This document shows, in pieces, positions 11,966 through 26,800 of a stretch of 64,000 nucleotides of DNA. Source of the DNA: Octopus sinensis (taxonomy: Eukaryota). Every line of letters starts with the position of its first letter. Position 1 is the stretch's first letter. A model generated the notes under the pieces. It had not been told where the DNA came from and did not search any database. It saw only the letters and a program-made list of their open reading frames with translations. The position numbers were made by a program, and so were the translations under genes. The stretch covers positions 12,276,001 through 12,340,000 of the forward strand of contig NC_043012.1 of NCBI RefSeq assembly GCF_006345805.1. Reading direction: 5' to 3'.

Positions 11966-14900
11966 CATTTTTATATAGTTATATATGTATATATGCATCT
12001 ATGGTATGAATTGTACATATATATATGTATATCATATACAAGTGTGTCTATATATATGCCTGTACTCATACACACACACACACACATATATAATCAGGCA
12101 ACTGTCCTCTCAATAACATCCTGCACTTATAAATATGCATGCACATTAATATACATACCACGAACATGTACGAGTCTGTATGTATACGAGTGATTTTCCT
12201 GTTTCTTCGATTCATTTATATGCATGTGTTTACAGTTTTACTTTCTTGTCTGTAATATGATAAAAATCCTCTAGAGTATTGCAATGAAGAACTAATGAAA
12301 ATATTTTAAAATTGACTTTTGAATTCGCTAATAAACTAATCTACTTTCATGATACAAAGAATATCAATGAATTTTAGATCGTATGATATCTTGAAATGGT
12401 GTGGTATCTAATATTATCACATTTTTTTATTCACCATCTCTATTACTTTCCGTATCACGATATTAATATCTCCTTTTATATTTGATAATTTTTATCTTAC
12501 CTTAAGTTATCATTTTGCGAAATTTCTGGCTGTATATCTGCATCAATATATGAATTTATAAATGAATACGTGTACGTATAAGTCTATCTATATATGAAGA
12601 TACACAGACACACACACACACATACACACACACACACATACACCACACACACACACACACACACATACACACACATACACACATCACGTGTGAATTGTGT
12701 CTGCTCTTATTTTTGAAATCCATCGCATAAATTATAACTCCGTTATTACATTCGGCAGGAAATTATTTGGGAATTTCATTTTCATATATGAATAAACGTA
12801 TTATTATTATTATTATTGTTGTTGTTGTTGTTGTTGTTATTATTATCATTATTATAAGTCTTTTGCATTGGTATCAATTCTGCAGAGATTTTAGTTAATG
12901 GAAGAATAGTAATGGAAAGGGTATTTTTGCTTGAAGTTTTGTGTTGTCGTTTTAAATTGAACACAGTTGAGTGGTAATATTATTTCAGATAAGCTACAAA
13001 TGAAAACTAACGATGTTTTAGTTTGTAATATTTTCATCAAAAGACTTGATGTCGATAAGGGAGCTACACAGACAACAAGAGCAAACGTTAAAAAAATGAT
13101 ATTTAATTCTCACAAACATAAGCATCAATCATAGACATTTAAAGACATTTATAGAACATCGTAGCTAAGATTTGTCTCTTTCGCGTGTATTTTAACAACA
13201 GTTATTGTAACTGATTTTCACTTTTGTTCGTTGAAAGCTATAATGCAATATATCCCGAATTCATAAGAGATGTACCGTTCGAACACGATCGGAGATTTCA
13301 AGTTTATAATCGTTTCTTGGGCAAACCGCTCCTAAGGATATCCTTAACATTTTCTGGGCTAGAAATATGCTGACACTTATAGCGAGAACAAAATTTAAGA
13401 AATATTTTCTTCTGAAAATTGTTTACTACTTAAACAATGTTTTATCAGCACATGCCTTTCAAAACTATTATTCGCTATTGCCATATACTAGATCGAACTG
13501 GCGGATTCCTTGCTTTACTGCAACGAGGATCATAGTTATTCATCAGAAAAAAAAATTTATATCACAATGGACTATCCTGTGAATACTCTGCAGCTATGTT
13601 GCATGCAGTGCTTCAGTCAATATCTGCAATTTACATTCACAGCTAATACAAACTACGCAATCTCCGATAAGTTGCATGTAATTAATGACAGGTTGTGTCC
13701 AGTTTTAATAATGCTATTGTGTTGATTAATGAGACAGAAAAAATGTTCACGAATCAAGAGACATTTACCTATAATAACCAAAAGAAATTATCACACTTTA
13801 CAAGCTTATTGGAATTTAGTTGAGAGAAAGCATTTACTATGTTTGATAATGAACTAAATTCATATCAGCAAAGAAGCAATAATGAGGTGATAAATGTTAA
13901 GTTGGATGGTGTGCTTGTTTAACAATAAATCAGTGTTACTGGATACAAGGTATATCCAGATATAACGTGAAGTCGGTTGCGGACGTGGTGTCTTGAATAC
14001 AACGCATTAATGACATTCGGTAGATATGTGACCGGTAAGTAAAGCTAGTCTGTAGGGAGATTACATGCGAATAATATTGAAATTGTAATTGCAACTGGAG
14101 TAAGTGTGGCTGTAAGTTGTTGCATTTGACTGAAGCACTGTACGTGCAGCCGTACATTGTAATTTGTAATAGACAATGAAACCGCAATGATTGTCGTTGT
14201 AAATTTTCTGCATGATATCTAACGGTGTGCATGCAGCCGTTTCAAGGATGTGTAACTTGTAATAGTTGTTCAATCTGCTGTGGTCGTATGTTGTTTTTAA
14301 ATCTGCACAAAGAACGATATCTGTAGAGAAGTAATAAGGCTCAGTTGACTGTTTTCTTTATAATCTTTGAAGTCTTAATGAAATCAAGCCATATCTGTTA
14401 AAGAGCCAACAACTCCATTATGGTAGAAACAAGCAATCTGACGGATTATTGTTGAAATAAGACACATTTTAAATACACTGTAACAGACGTAATACACCAG
14501 CAATGAAAATATGATTTTATGTTGGAGTCTACATCAAGTCTTTTGTTACTTTTATATGTAATGACTTTGGAGTAAAATCCTAAACCAGAATGTAAGTAGG
14601 GTAAACTGTTAAATGACTCAGTCTATCCAATTCTTAATAGGTGTCGTAGACCAGAAACAACTTGACATTGTAAATAAGAGTCGCCCTGCAGAAAAGTTAG
14701 TGGTTGGTTAGTTTGCAGTCCCAAGATTATCGCTTATCTTTGGATTAACTGTGTAAGATGTAGGTTTCACGTTGTGCATAGGGCAGGGTATCACAAGAAC
14801 ACGGGGTATTATTGATGTACTTTCACCCAATGTAAGAAATGAGTCGAGACAATGGGTTTAGGAAAAGGATTTCTTCCAATTATAATTAAAAGCAGTACCA

Positions 14901-15444
14901 AATTCAGCGAATGAGAATATGTTAGATTTGATTGATATTGAAAGTTAGATTATTTGCATCGGCAGAGCAATTATGTAAACGTTGACAACAGAAGATTTTC
15001 TAAGTACACAACAGATTTTCATTTCATTTAATTTACTGAAGAGTCGGTCGACTCGGTAGGATCGATTATTTTCGTATCAATACTCAAGAAAGAACTGAGC
15101 CGCCGAACGCTTAAAAGCTACAGAAAAAAACTAGTTTAGATTTTAGTATTTTTTTTTCACAACGTCTAACTTCATCTCTTTCGTGTACCTACCACACTGC
15201 CTTCCTAACTTTAGAATCATGTAGTTAGAACCTTTGAGAGTCAAGCCTTTTCTCCTTGACCTCACCATGATTCTGGTTACAAGATATAAATTCCCTAAAC
15301 CAGAATGCTACTGAGTTGATTTTCTGTGAGTTACAGAGAAGCATATGAATATCTCAATTTTCTCGTTAAGTATTTATGTTTATGAATTGGCATGAATCGT
15401 ACATTGTGTAACACGAGATTAGTTTCTTATTTTCTAGACTAAAG

Positions 15445-15753
15445 ATATTTATTGTATTCCTTCTCGAGCCATGCCTGGCTCATAATGGCCGATTTCTCGG
15501 TTTCCTTGGCGTATAGGTTCCCCACATGGACGGGACGCCGGTCTGTCGCAGGTGAGCTGCAAGATGCAGGAGGAAAGAGTGAGAGAAAGTTATGGCGAAA
15601 GAGTCAGCAGAAGTTCGCCATTACCTTCTGCCGGTGCCGCGTAGAGCTTAGGTGTTTCGCTCATAAACACACACATCACCCGGTCTGAGATTCGAACCCG
15701 CGATCCCTCGACCGCGAATCCGCTGCTCTAACCACTAGGCTATGTGCCTCCAC
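15445..15753 (-). mobile_element. tRNA-derived SINE family B, full length with 9-bp TSD
   Basis: Head GTGGAGGCACATAGCCTAGTGGTTAGAGCAGCGG...GGGTTCGAATC. TSD AGACTAAAG at 15436-44 and 15754-62. Confidence 0.9.
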
Positions 15754-15761
15754 AGACTAAA

Positions 15762-15948
15762 GGTGGTGATCTGGCAGAGTCCTTACCGCGCGGACATGGT
15801 TTATGTTCAATTTCCAAATAACGCCGACGTCAACTTTGCTTTTCATCACATCGATAAATTACTGCTAGTAGAACACCAGGGCCGATGAAATCAACTAAAC
15901 CTTTCTCACCCTCGAAACAGCTGGCCTTGTGACAAAATTTCAAACCAC
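15762..15948 (+). mobile_element. SINE family C copy
   Basis: GGTGATCTGGCAGA...CAACTTTGCTTTTCATC...GGCCTTGTG.CAAAATTT. Confidence 0.7.
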
Positions 15949-17435
15949 TGAGTAAACTATGATGAAATATAATGACATTAAAGTTAGTTGATAGGGATTT
16001 GTAGCTGTTATATCTTTCTCAAAACAGCGCAAATGAAATTACAATACCAGAAATAGCAAAAGGGAAACATGTTAAACTGGATTGCGCAAGGATATAATTT
16101 ATTACTCTTCTCTTATACTATGGTGAAATAGATGGTACAATATTCAAATTGAAGTGGGATAAAAAGGGTGAGTGATTAGGTTTAATATTCGGTGAACCAG
16201 TTCACGCACCATTAAATGGGAATCATGGATACATATATCGTCTTCACGTTTTGAATGCTTACAAATCCAGTATCATCTGCAAGTATGTGTTATATACGCT
16301 GTACTTTAGAGCCGCGTATGCACCATTGGAAGATGGTGAAAAACTGGTCGCAAAACGAGAATAGAAGTCGTGATCAAATAAATGAAGTGTTACAATATTG
16401 GAAAGAAAAGAAATCTAACTGAAAGAAAACATAAGAGTAAATACAATAGTAGCACTATAAGCAATAAGAACAAAATAAAAATATTCCTCTGGATAAATTG
16501 ATTTATCATCTTGAAGTTAACTGCGTTCCGATAAATTGTTTTGTTCTTGATTTTTTATGGTTCGGACAAATGCAAGTTTATTTTAATTCAACATTTGTTC
16601 AGTCTCTGATTCTTCGTAATAATACGTAATATATTCTCTTTCGCTCTCCTTATCTCTCTTTCCCTCGTTAACATCCCTCTTAACACACTCATGTTTCTTG
16701 CCTGATCTCCATAATCGTCGCAAGAATAATATTGATAATGATATCAATGAATCCTTATGTAAATATTTGATTTAGTGTTGGTCAATATCGAAAACGTATT
16801 TTACTGAGAGACAACAGATCTGAAGCATTTAAGCTATAGCATCCTATGATTCTTCCTATCCACGCTGGAATCAAATGTTGTCTCCATTATATTCATGAGG
16901 TTTTAAAAATGTCAGCCGCATCAGGATTTTATTGACCGACGCAACAGCTGTGCGATCGACGCCATCTAATTCTAGATAAAGACAACATTCTTTTTCGCCA
17001 TTGCATCGCTACTCTTTAAACAAATGAGAATTATAAAGGAAAGAAATCAAGCACAACTATTTTATTCTGCTCTACTGGACCGTAATGAATCCTAGTTCAA
17101 TCAAATTCCTTGTTACCAATGCTGAATCAACAAATCTAATAGATTCTGCTACGTTAAAACCGAAAGATACGTGGAAAATAATTTCGAATGGACAAAAAAT
17201 ATACTTCCCTTTATAATGATAGATGACATAGATTTCTGTTTGACATTTTAATACTTATATTGAATACTTTTCTTCTAAATTCTTTCTTTCTTTTATTCTT
17301 TTAACCTCGCTTTATCGGTTTCTTCCTCCATTTCAGTATTATTCTCTCTATATTTCTATATACGGAAATGTTTATAGAACATCAAATCCATGTTATTGAG
17401 ACATGCATGCATATATATATATATTATATATATAT

Positions 17436-17487
<52 letters not shown>

Positions 17488-17506
17488 CATACATATATAT
17501 ATATAT

Positions 17507-17551
<45 letters not shown>

Positions 17552-17648
17552 AGTATGTATGTATATATATATATATGTATGTTGCATGTCTATGTATATA
17601 CCTATGTATGTATCTACCTAACTACTTACCTATCTACCTATCCACCTT

Positions 17649-17733
<85 letters not shown>

Positions 17734-17855
17734 ATCTATCTAAATAGAAAGCTAGATAGATCAATCGATAGATAAATAGTTTGATAATAAAGCGATAACG
17801 TTCTTTATTATTATAGGTAAGAGCAGCTTACAGGAGGAGGCATCTAAAAGCAAAT

Positions 17856-17931
17856 TAATGCGCCATATTGAAAGATATCTGAATATGATAAAATGGATCA
17901 TATTCGTTCTCCGAACCTGTCGTCTATAATC
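17856..17931 (+). repeat. 76-bp direct repeat, copy 1 (copy 2 at 19622-19697)
   Basis: TAATGCGCCATATTGAAAGATATCT.AATATGATAAAATGGATCATATTCGTTCTCCGAA.CTGTCGTCTATAATC occurs twice with 2 mismatches. Confidence 0.93.
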
Positions 17932-18458
17932 GTTCTTAGAAATCTACCAATTATCGAATACTTTTGTATGCAGACGGGAAAGAATGTCAGAACCGATAAC
18001 GTACCGAGACATCTGAAATATTAAAAAATACAATAACATTTTATTTCCTATCATCTCTCCACCCCACAAAAGAGTAATAAGTATAGGCATATACAAGAAA
18101 CCTCGAATAATCTGCAGCAACATTAGAAATTTAATTGAAAATTATTATGCAGAATAGTGTCGTTAGAGAAAATATTTGAAAAAATGTGCCCGAGTTATAG
18201 GGCAAATGAATTTTCGTTGGGGAGCAATGGGACGGAGGGTTCTCGAAAAGCGATAAGAAATGAGGTTTTAGAGCGATAATATATACAATGACAAGTGTAC
18301 AGCTAATGCAATACACCACTTGGTGTCTGCATCTGGTGATACAGCACCTGAGTTAAATTTCTCATTTAATGTTAGCCCTACATAAAAATAAAAATATAGT
18401 CACACGTACATACATACATACTACATACATACATACATACATACTAACATACACACAT

Positions 18459-18865
18459 ATGAGGAATCAGCAGTTACTCTATCCAGATTACAAGTTATTG
18501 GTTGCCTGGGATATGTAGCACAGTGCCTAAATGCCAATCTTGAGGAATTAGGCTCCTCAAACCAAAAGAAAGCTAATTCGAAGGTTACAGGTCCAATCAT
18601 CACTGGAACTCTAAAAATATGTAAACCTTACCAGACGTTTATCATGGGAATATATATGAGCATGTGTAGTCATGCAACTATATTCATGAAAATAAATACA
18701 TAAAGTAAAACATACAAATCTGCACATATACATACATACATACATACATAATACATACTTACATACATACAAGCAAAAATACCCTGCTGTTGATGTTCAT
18801 TCTATGATAGAAGACGACTCTTTCTCTATTGGCAAGAAATCTTGAAATAAAACTGAAAAATGGCA
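18459..18865 (+). mobile_element. R4/Dong-clade retrotransposon 3' relic (same family as 27029-27735)
   Basis: Shares CAGTTACTCTATCCAG..TACAAGTT and the 3' UTR CTCTTTCTCTATTGGCAAGAAATCTTGAAATA..ACTGAA.AATGGCA with the reverse complement of 27029-27310. Confidence 0.75.
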
Positions 18866-19100
18866 TCTGTTATATAAAATAGAAATGTGTGCATATTCAC
18901 TTTTAATGCGAAAACGGCTTCACTAATCACTTCCATATTTCTAATGCATGAATAATTTGACCGCGGACATATAATAGGGTTTTCATTTGATTTTTAATTG
19001 AAATTTTTAAAATATGAAAAAATTTGCTTTTTACATTACATTCACGTCTTTCAAAGATTTTAAAATATTTACTTCTGGTTTTCTATCGTCAGTGAGATAA
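18866..19100 (+). mobile_element. Helitron-like 5' end
   Basis: Starts A|TCTGTTATATAAAAT, like the 1362-1733 family start, and interrupts the 3' end of the R4/Dong relic. 3' end not identified. Confidence 0.4.
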
Positions 19101-20572
19101 CATATCTCTTTATCTATATCTCTCTATCCACCTCTCTCTATCTATCTCTATCTCTCTGTAACATCTCTCTCTATCTATATCTCTTGTTTTCACATTCAAT
19201 TTCCATACGCCATTGTTGCACCTTTATGTTATTGTTTTCACTTTAAGTCTAAGTTTTGGATCGCTGTTTTCAAACAAACAACAAATTACTGACAGAAAGA
19301 AGCTCTCAATTACTGATGTAAGTAGTTTCATAATTTACCGACAGAAGTATCTTCGGTAATTTCACTTCAATCTATACGGTTTTGTGCTTTTCTGTTGCCG
19401 ACATACGGGCTCTTTGGTTCACTGAGAGACAAATTTCGCTTCAACCCGTACAATACTTTATTTTCAGTTAACATTTTTTATTTACTTTCTCTCCGTTATA
19501 TTAAGAAACATAATTTTCGTTACCAAGTTATTTCACTGTATACTCTCCTCTGCACTATAAAATTTCTGTATACACGATATAATCATGTGTAGAAAGAAAA
19601 TTTCAAGTTTGTCGGCATAACTAATGCGCCATATTGAAAGATATCTAAATATGATAAAATGGATCATATTCGTTCTCCGAAACTGTCGTCTATAATCCCC
19701 CCCCCCGCACCAAATTTCAGTGATCATAACTTTCTGAAAAATGGATATTTTAAAATAAAACTTTCAGCGAATATGTGTTATAGCAAGTCCATGTCGAACA
19801 TGTGTGTGTGTGTGTGTGTGTGTGTGCGGGGAAGTGTTTATTTCCATTGCTTACTATCTTCTACACTCGTGTATTTTTGTATACATATAATACTAATATG
19901 TGTTAGATTATGTCCATTTCGAATATATACAACTTTGTGGGGTAAGTGTATATTTCCATTGTTTACTATCTTCTACACTCGTGCATTCCTGCATACATGT
20001 ATAACCCTGCGTAGAAAGATAATGTCAAATTTGTCTGCATAGCTACACATTTCTGTCGCCACCACAAAATTCCGATAATCATAACTTTCAGAAAAATGTT
20101 TATATTTTTAATAAGATTTCCTACGAATATGTGTTATATAATGTCCAATTCGAATATATACAATTTTTTTTTTTTGGGGGGGGTAAATATTTTATGAGGT
20201 GGGTGGGAATTTCTGAAAATTCAGCGGAGTCTACTTCAATTCGTCTTCAATTTCAAGAAAATGGTTATTTTTTTAATGAAATTCTCTACAAATACACCTT
20301 GGAATATTATTACATTACATTCAATTCTTTGGAAAATGTTTCTCAATGTCTGCTTCCAGTATTGACATAAAAACGGCGAAGTCTGTCCTTGTCTACTTTT
20401 CAATGTTTTCTTCTCAAGATTTAATTCGCTGTTTGTAAACAACTACGATAAATTACTAAAAGAAGTATTTGCTATGTTCACAAATTTAAATATTCAGTAC
20501 AAGATAGTTTTCAACGTGCTTCTATTTATATGAATTTTTCATTCCACGTCCATCTCATTCATTGTTTGCAAA

Positions 20573-20624
<52 letters not shown>

Positions 20625-20953
20625 ATACTCCACGTTTGATTTCTTTATTACACAAATATCATTTTAAAATTTTGTAATTCAACAAAAAAAAATGAGCATA
20701 TTTCGCTTGGACTCGCATACTTCGTTAATTTACGTAAAATATTTTTCTTTATTTTCTTTTTCCCGCCGTGTTCAGCTCTACTGAATCACACATGCACACG
20801 TGCGTGTTTTTGTATGTACGCTTGTATATATATTTATAAATGGTGTGTGCGTCTGTGTGTGTGTGAGTGAGTGAAGGGGTGTGTTGTCATGCATTCGTAC
20901 ATACATATGAACATATCTTTTTTGAATGTATGTGTGTGTGCGAGAAAGAGAGA

Positions 20954-20990
<37 letters not shown>

Positions 20991-21052
20991 TGATGTTAAA
21001 GTGTGTTCCTGCGATGTTCCACACTCGTGTTTATATATATATATATATATAT

Positions 21053-21362
21053 CACCGTGATCGCCGTTACCGACCAGACTATCAGATGTTGCTACACATC
21101 GCTGGTCACCATGCGCTTCGCATTGTTTTAGCCTTCAAGTGACGCCACCTCGCTGGCTAAGCGAACAGGCCAACAGAAGAAAGAGTGAGAGAAAGTTGTG
21201 GTGAAAGAGTACAGCAGGGACCGCTACCAACCCCTGCCGGAGCCTCGTGGAGATTTAGGTGTTTTCGCTCAATAAACACTCACAACGCCCAGTCTGGGAA
21301 TCGAAACCGCGAACCTACGACTGCGAATCAGCTGCCCTAACCGCTGGGCCATTGCGCCTCCA

Positions 21363-21363
<1 letters not shown>
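21053..21363 (-). mobile_element. SINE family B-related subfamily copy
   Basis: Same tRNA head and GAGTGAGAGAAAGTTGTGG body, but a different 3' tail. Confidence 0.8.
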
Positions 21364-21393
<30 letters not shown>

Positions 21394-21429
21394 TCATATA
21401 TATATATAAATGTATATATATCGTTTGGG

Positions 21430-21940
21430 TATGGTATGTGAGTTCAGCAAAAATTTAGATTCAAATGAAAATGGTATTACGTTGAGGCCCCAGAATTTAG
21501 TACGGTTTGATCCGTACAATTTCAAAATAAGGGGATTAGAATCAAAATAAGCAACAAGGATATCCAGAGGTAATGCAGTACGATCGTTTCACGTAACTCC
21601 ATTACATCAATTTAAATGCAGAACTCTGTATTTAAATTTAGATAGGAACTAAAGGTATGTTTCTGCCAATGTTTGCAATGATAAACGCGTTCTATAAACG
21701 TGCTTACAAGGGGTTTCTTTGAGAATAGAATATAAAACATCGCAATATTACTAAGCGACCAGAAATGTTCACCTTCAGCAAACGGTAAAGAAAGAGAGAG
21801 AATATTCCATTCCAAATTAAATTGTTTATTATGATACAAGGCTTTACTAAACTCTGTATTGTTACGTTAATTGATATGCCTAAATGTAGAGTAATGATTA
21901 GATATTCTCTTGGACAACAGAGATAAAGAACTGCCAATTT
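21430..21940 (-). mobile_element. Penelope-like element (PLE) 3' relic: GIY-YIG C-terminal region followed by a decayed hammerhead
   Basis: ORF 21612..21839 (NKQFNLEWNILSLSLPFAEGEHFWSLSNIAMFYILFSKKPLVSTFIERVYHCKHWQKH) resembles the PLE endonuclease C-terminus pattern W-x-I-L...PY...CxLC..E...I...LN.R.E...CRH. Just downstream on the minus strand is ACGT-GAAA-CGATC-GTA-CTGCA (21574-21620), a hammerhead 3' half. Confidence 0.6.
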
Positions 21941-22253
21941 ATATATAAAAAAGACGTCAGAACCGGAAGTAATTTAACATTGGTAAATAGAGTTTTTAAT
22001 CTTAGAATTACTGCTAAGAAAACAAATGCGATTAGAGTTGACTTCAGAAATGATAACCCCGCTGTTACTTACTATTATTCAAGGAATTCTTAGTAGTCCA
22101 AACATTTCACCATAAACCGGAGTTTCTACCTTTACAAATAGGTTGTTACATCCTTGTTACTTGTGTGATTTTTTGCTACCCTGGTAACTCTTTATTTTTC
22201 CGTGTTATTTATAAACACCGGGAAAAACACACATACATTTATATATACATACA

Positions 22254-22289
<36 letters not shown>

Positions 22290-23831
22290 TCTGTAAATAT
22301 GCGCGTGCGTGTGTGTACATACTTGCATAAAACATACATACATTCACGCATACAAACATACATTAATTCATACATACATACATACATACATACATACATA
22401 CATACATACATACATACATACATACATGCATACATGCATACATGCGCAATGCTTGTCTACACTGTATTGGCTTCCCATCAAAAATGCATTTTACTCTTTT
22501 ATAGAGCAGATTCCATATTATGCTACTCATCTGGATGACATTTGAGTGCATATATATTTCAAGAAAATTGGAAAGTAGGCATTTTATTGTCGCTAAACAC
22601 CATATTTCTTCCAGTAAATAGAGTTTGAATTTTCCGCAACAAAACTAAAATATACCTCAAGTTGAAATATGATATTTTGGGAGCAGACTATAAACCGAAA
22701 TGAAATTTGAGATAGTGCAAGTAGAAATTTAATACGTAAGGATTATTTTAAATGATTTAAAAAATGTTTTATTCTTTTTTGAAATAAAGAACATAAAGTT
22801 AATTCTGAAGTTTAGAGCCGTGTATAGTTTTGGTTGCGTAGTGATAATATATTATGCATTTCTCTTCCATTATGTTGTTAACATATTTAACTATATAAAT
22901 ACCATTCATGTCTTTGCTCTCTGAAACGCCATATATCTGGAATTATTTGAAGAATCCTGGAGCTAGGAATCCAACCACCTTACTTCTAGCAAGAGCATAG
23001 TAAATGAGATTCAAACTACTCTAAACACTAAGTTTCGGACATCACATAATTAATAAATTAATAGCAATATATAATGATTAATTACAGATGTTTATTTGAA
23101 ACATAAGAGGTTGAGAAGAAAGTATCATCATGTGAATTTTCCTTGAAATATTTTTGACACTTGGTTCAAAATCAAGAATAAATTAGACATGCATTTCTAT
23201 CATTTGAAGTGTTTTTAAAATTTCCTCTTATATATTGCTTCATGCTAAGAACCTTGAATAGAAATATTATTCTAATTTACAGTTCTTAACAGCGTTCCTT
23301 TTCTAAAGGGATAGAAGTCGAAAACTAATAAACTATAAAATAATATAATGAATACTAGTAATTCGTTGCTTTTGATATCATCTATTATATGTCTCCTTTC
23401 TTTTGATCTCATTTCTATATTTCATTACTGTTTACTAGACCTGTGTATTGGAGATGATGCATTTTCACGGACTGAGTCTTGCTTCATCGGCTTTGGTACC
23501 GAACCCGTCTCAACGTCAGTCAATTGCTCTCAACGATGCAAGATGACGCAGACGTCTCCATATGGTAGTTCATAGGACATAGTTTTACATATAAATCTTT
23601 CACTGTTCCATAGTTTGTATTATCAATCTGGTAATAGAAATAAAAACTAAAGAATTATTTCTCGCATATTTTGAAGAGATTAACGCGATTCTTTCATCTA
23701 TGTTTCAATTGCCCCTGTTTAACTGAATCTCCTTTAGACAATTGCGCCATTTTAAAATTTTAATTTGCCTGATAATATGTTGAAGCAACATTTTAGGCCA
23801 TTTGACTTTCTGTATGATTTTTCTACCTCCA

Positions 23832-23863
<32 letters not shown>

Positions 23864-26800
23864 ACACCTGAATGTGACCTGGAGTAGAGATGGTATGTCA
23901 TTGATGATGTGAGTGTCGACAAACATGATTAGCTGATTAATTACTCGAATGTGTAATCAAGGAAGCAATTAATTAGTTTGTTAACTAGTTAACCAATTTA
24001 CAAATAATGAAGAAGTGAAATAGAACCACTGTGAACGATTGATATAAATTGATGTCATTAATAAAACCATGCTACATGTTATATCGGAACAAAAATGCCT
24101 CAGTTTCTTTATAATGTCAGCCTTGTATGTTTCACGGACACCGCACCAATGACACTGCCTCTTACTATCCCATATACTTAGCCAAAATTCTTGTTGTTGA
24201 CATCTTTGCACAACCCATTACTTAGGGCTGGGTATACGCCGGTCAGTTGATGAACCTTTGAGTCTGTATAAATTTTTATTGCATTATATGATTTTTACGT
24301 GCACACGTAAATGCATACGTATCCACGAAAAAGATGTGTTGGAGCATCTGTAGTCTAATGAACTCTATGCAGTAGATATTGTTGAACACATTGCTCTATT
24401 TCCGAGGAAAGGCTCATGATGTACGTATTTCCATTCTATATACACTCTCACAAACTACTTGGAATGGTCTTGAACAATGGAGCAAGATTTCTCAAGTCTC
24501 CGGGATACGCCTCCAATGCTTTGACGCAAATCCCCTTCAATTGCTGTATGCTTGTAATCAACACTACATTTCTGTAATTATAATATATTTCTGCGGATTA
24601 GCAAAGTGCGTTGAAAAGTTATCATTTGTTGGGTGCATGCAAGAAGCAAATTGATTCGATAAAAGTTTCCTCAGCGTAGCATAGGAAGCAAGATAACATA
24701 ATTGAAATAAACTTGGAGAGATAATACTAACAAATGACATTCAAAAACAACGCAGCGTTCGCTCTCTGGAAAATTAATATTTTTGCTGTATAAAATATTC
24801 TGAAGTTGAAATTATTCTGTCGCACTCACTCACGATACTTATATGTAACGTAAATGCTGACTGGTGTTCTGTTCTGGATGTAAATAATCTGAGTGTATCC
24901 ACAGAGTGATGTTGGTGGTAGGATTAGTGTAGCCACAATATGGATACTGCTCATTCGAATATTTCAGCTAGGTGAAAGAGATCGAGAGAGATTGAAAGAG
25001 AGGGCATGCAAGAATGATGAATGCTGGGAGAATGTTCTATGTATTTTTGAAATTGTTTTTAGTGAAATACCAAAAGCCAAGAATGTAACCTGTCGTCGTT
25101 GACTTCGTTCATCGAAATCTGAACAACAAATCTATAAAGCTTGTCATATAGAAACGTTAATAACATATGCAACACTATTAATGTATCATATAATGCAGAA
25201 AGATTTGCTGTTCAAAGAAATCTCAAAAGCACTCCTTAACAGTTTTTATGCAAAGAAAAGTGAAAATGTTAACGAAATTGAGGTAATCGAGAATCAATAT
25301 TAATCTTAGAAATGAACCCAAAGCTTTAGGCAAGTGCACTAAAATCCTTGGAAAGTAGAATGCATAACGTCCATTGTAAAGTACGAAATCATGACCAGGA
25401 AGTCACAAATTTGATAGCTGTTCTCTGCAGTTATACACGCATGCAAAGAGCAGATGTAAAAAAAAGAAAATGTACAGCTATTTTTCTTACATGAAAGTAA
25501 TTCAAATTAAGATGTATGCGCCTGAAACTTAATCCTTTATTCTGTACAAAATTTCCTGATAAGTATGATATAGAATACATTGAGAGGTAATGAAATGGAT
25601 GCCGGTAATATTGGCGGAATTTTAATGTGACAAGCAGTGAAAAGTGCCTGAGCTAGGATCGATAGCATCATATTAAATTTCATATATATATTTACACATA
25701 AGATTTTATAAGTTGTTTTATTAATGCATCTTTGTTGCGGGAAACTGATAGCCTTGTTGTTGTTGTCGTCAAACAACTTTTTACTTTTAAGTTTTCTACA
25801 TTCATATTTTTAAAAAAAATTCCCTTTGATTCGACAAGAACATAGCAACTTATCTTTTTCCTAGCTCAAAGCATATTATATTGTTTGCGCCATTTTGAAT
25901 ATTTTACCATGTATGATTTTCTCGTTCTCCAAGAAAATATGCATGTATATGTTTCATGGAGAAGAATGTGACATGTTGGCTATTTAGTAATCGAAATGGA
26001 TTTTAGAAAGAAGAGTAGAAACGAGGGGAAAACAATAAATAACGGGCTAAAACAGAAATCTATTTCGCCTACGACGTACGCCATTTTAAGATATATTCAA
26101 TTGTTATTGTGCTACAAAGCATATGGCAAAGATAGTGTGTAATTAGTTATTATAGATAACATGAAGTTATCCCGAATAATAGGATAGCGGTAAATTGAAA
26201 TACTTCAAGAAAACTATACAAAACGCTACAAAAATCAACCACGAGTGTATGTTTATCTCGTAATCCGATATTTAGTTATATAGATTAAATCAAATATACA
26301 GCATTGATACATTGTTCCCCGCATAAAACTCACATAAAAAATACAAAAATTTACAATTTCGTTAGCCTTATGTATGTAAGTAATATGTGTATACATATAC
26401 ATGCACACACTAACACACATACATGCACATACACATAAAACTCTTGTACATATATGTGCATTCGTGCCCGTATATATGGCCTCCGATATAAATAAATCCT
26501 AAGTTCTTATAGAAATGGCTTGACAATTTAATGTTTTTATGTGTTTACTAGCTATATAATAGATGTAAGATAAAATATGGTTTAAAGTATGGTCACCGAT
26601 TAAAATACAAAGTATATACGTTTGCATAGTACATGAATTTTGTATTAGTCACAATGGCGAGCAATCCATTGGTGTTAAACAAACTGATAGACATTTGCCC
26701 ACGAATAGGTATATGTATATATCTATATTCTGTGTAAACTAAGCAATGCAGTGTATTGTTTTTAACGTGGCCACCGATGATCACAAGTTTTGAAACTTAA

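Noticed and set aside
13936-14273. Overlapping minus-strand ORFs in unique-looking sequence
   Set aside because: No recognisable domain or consistent splice signals.
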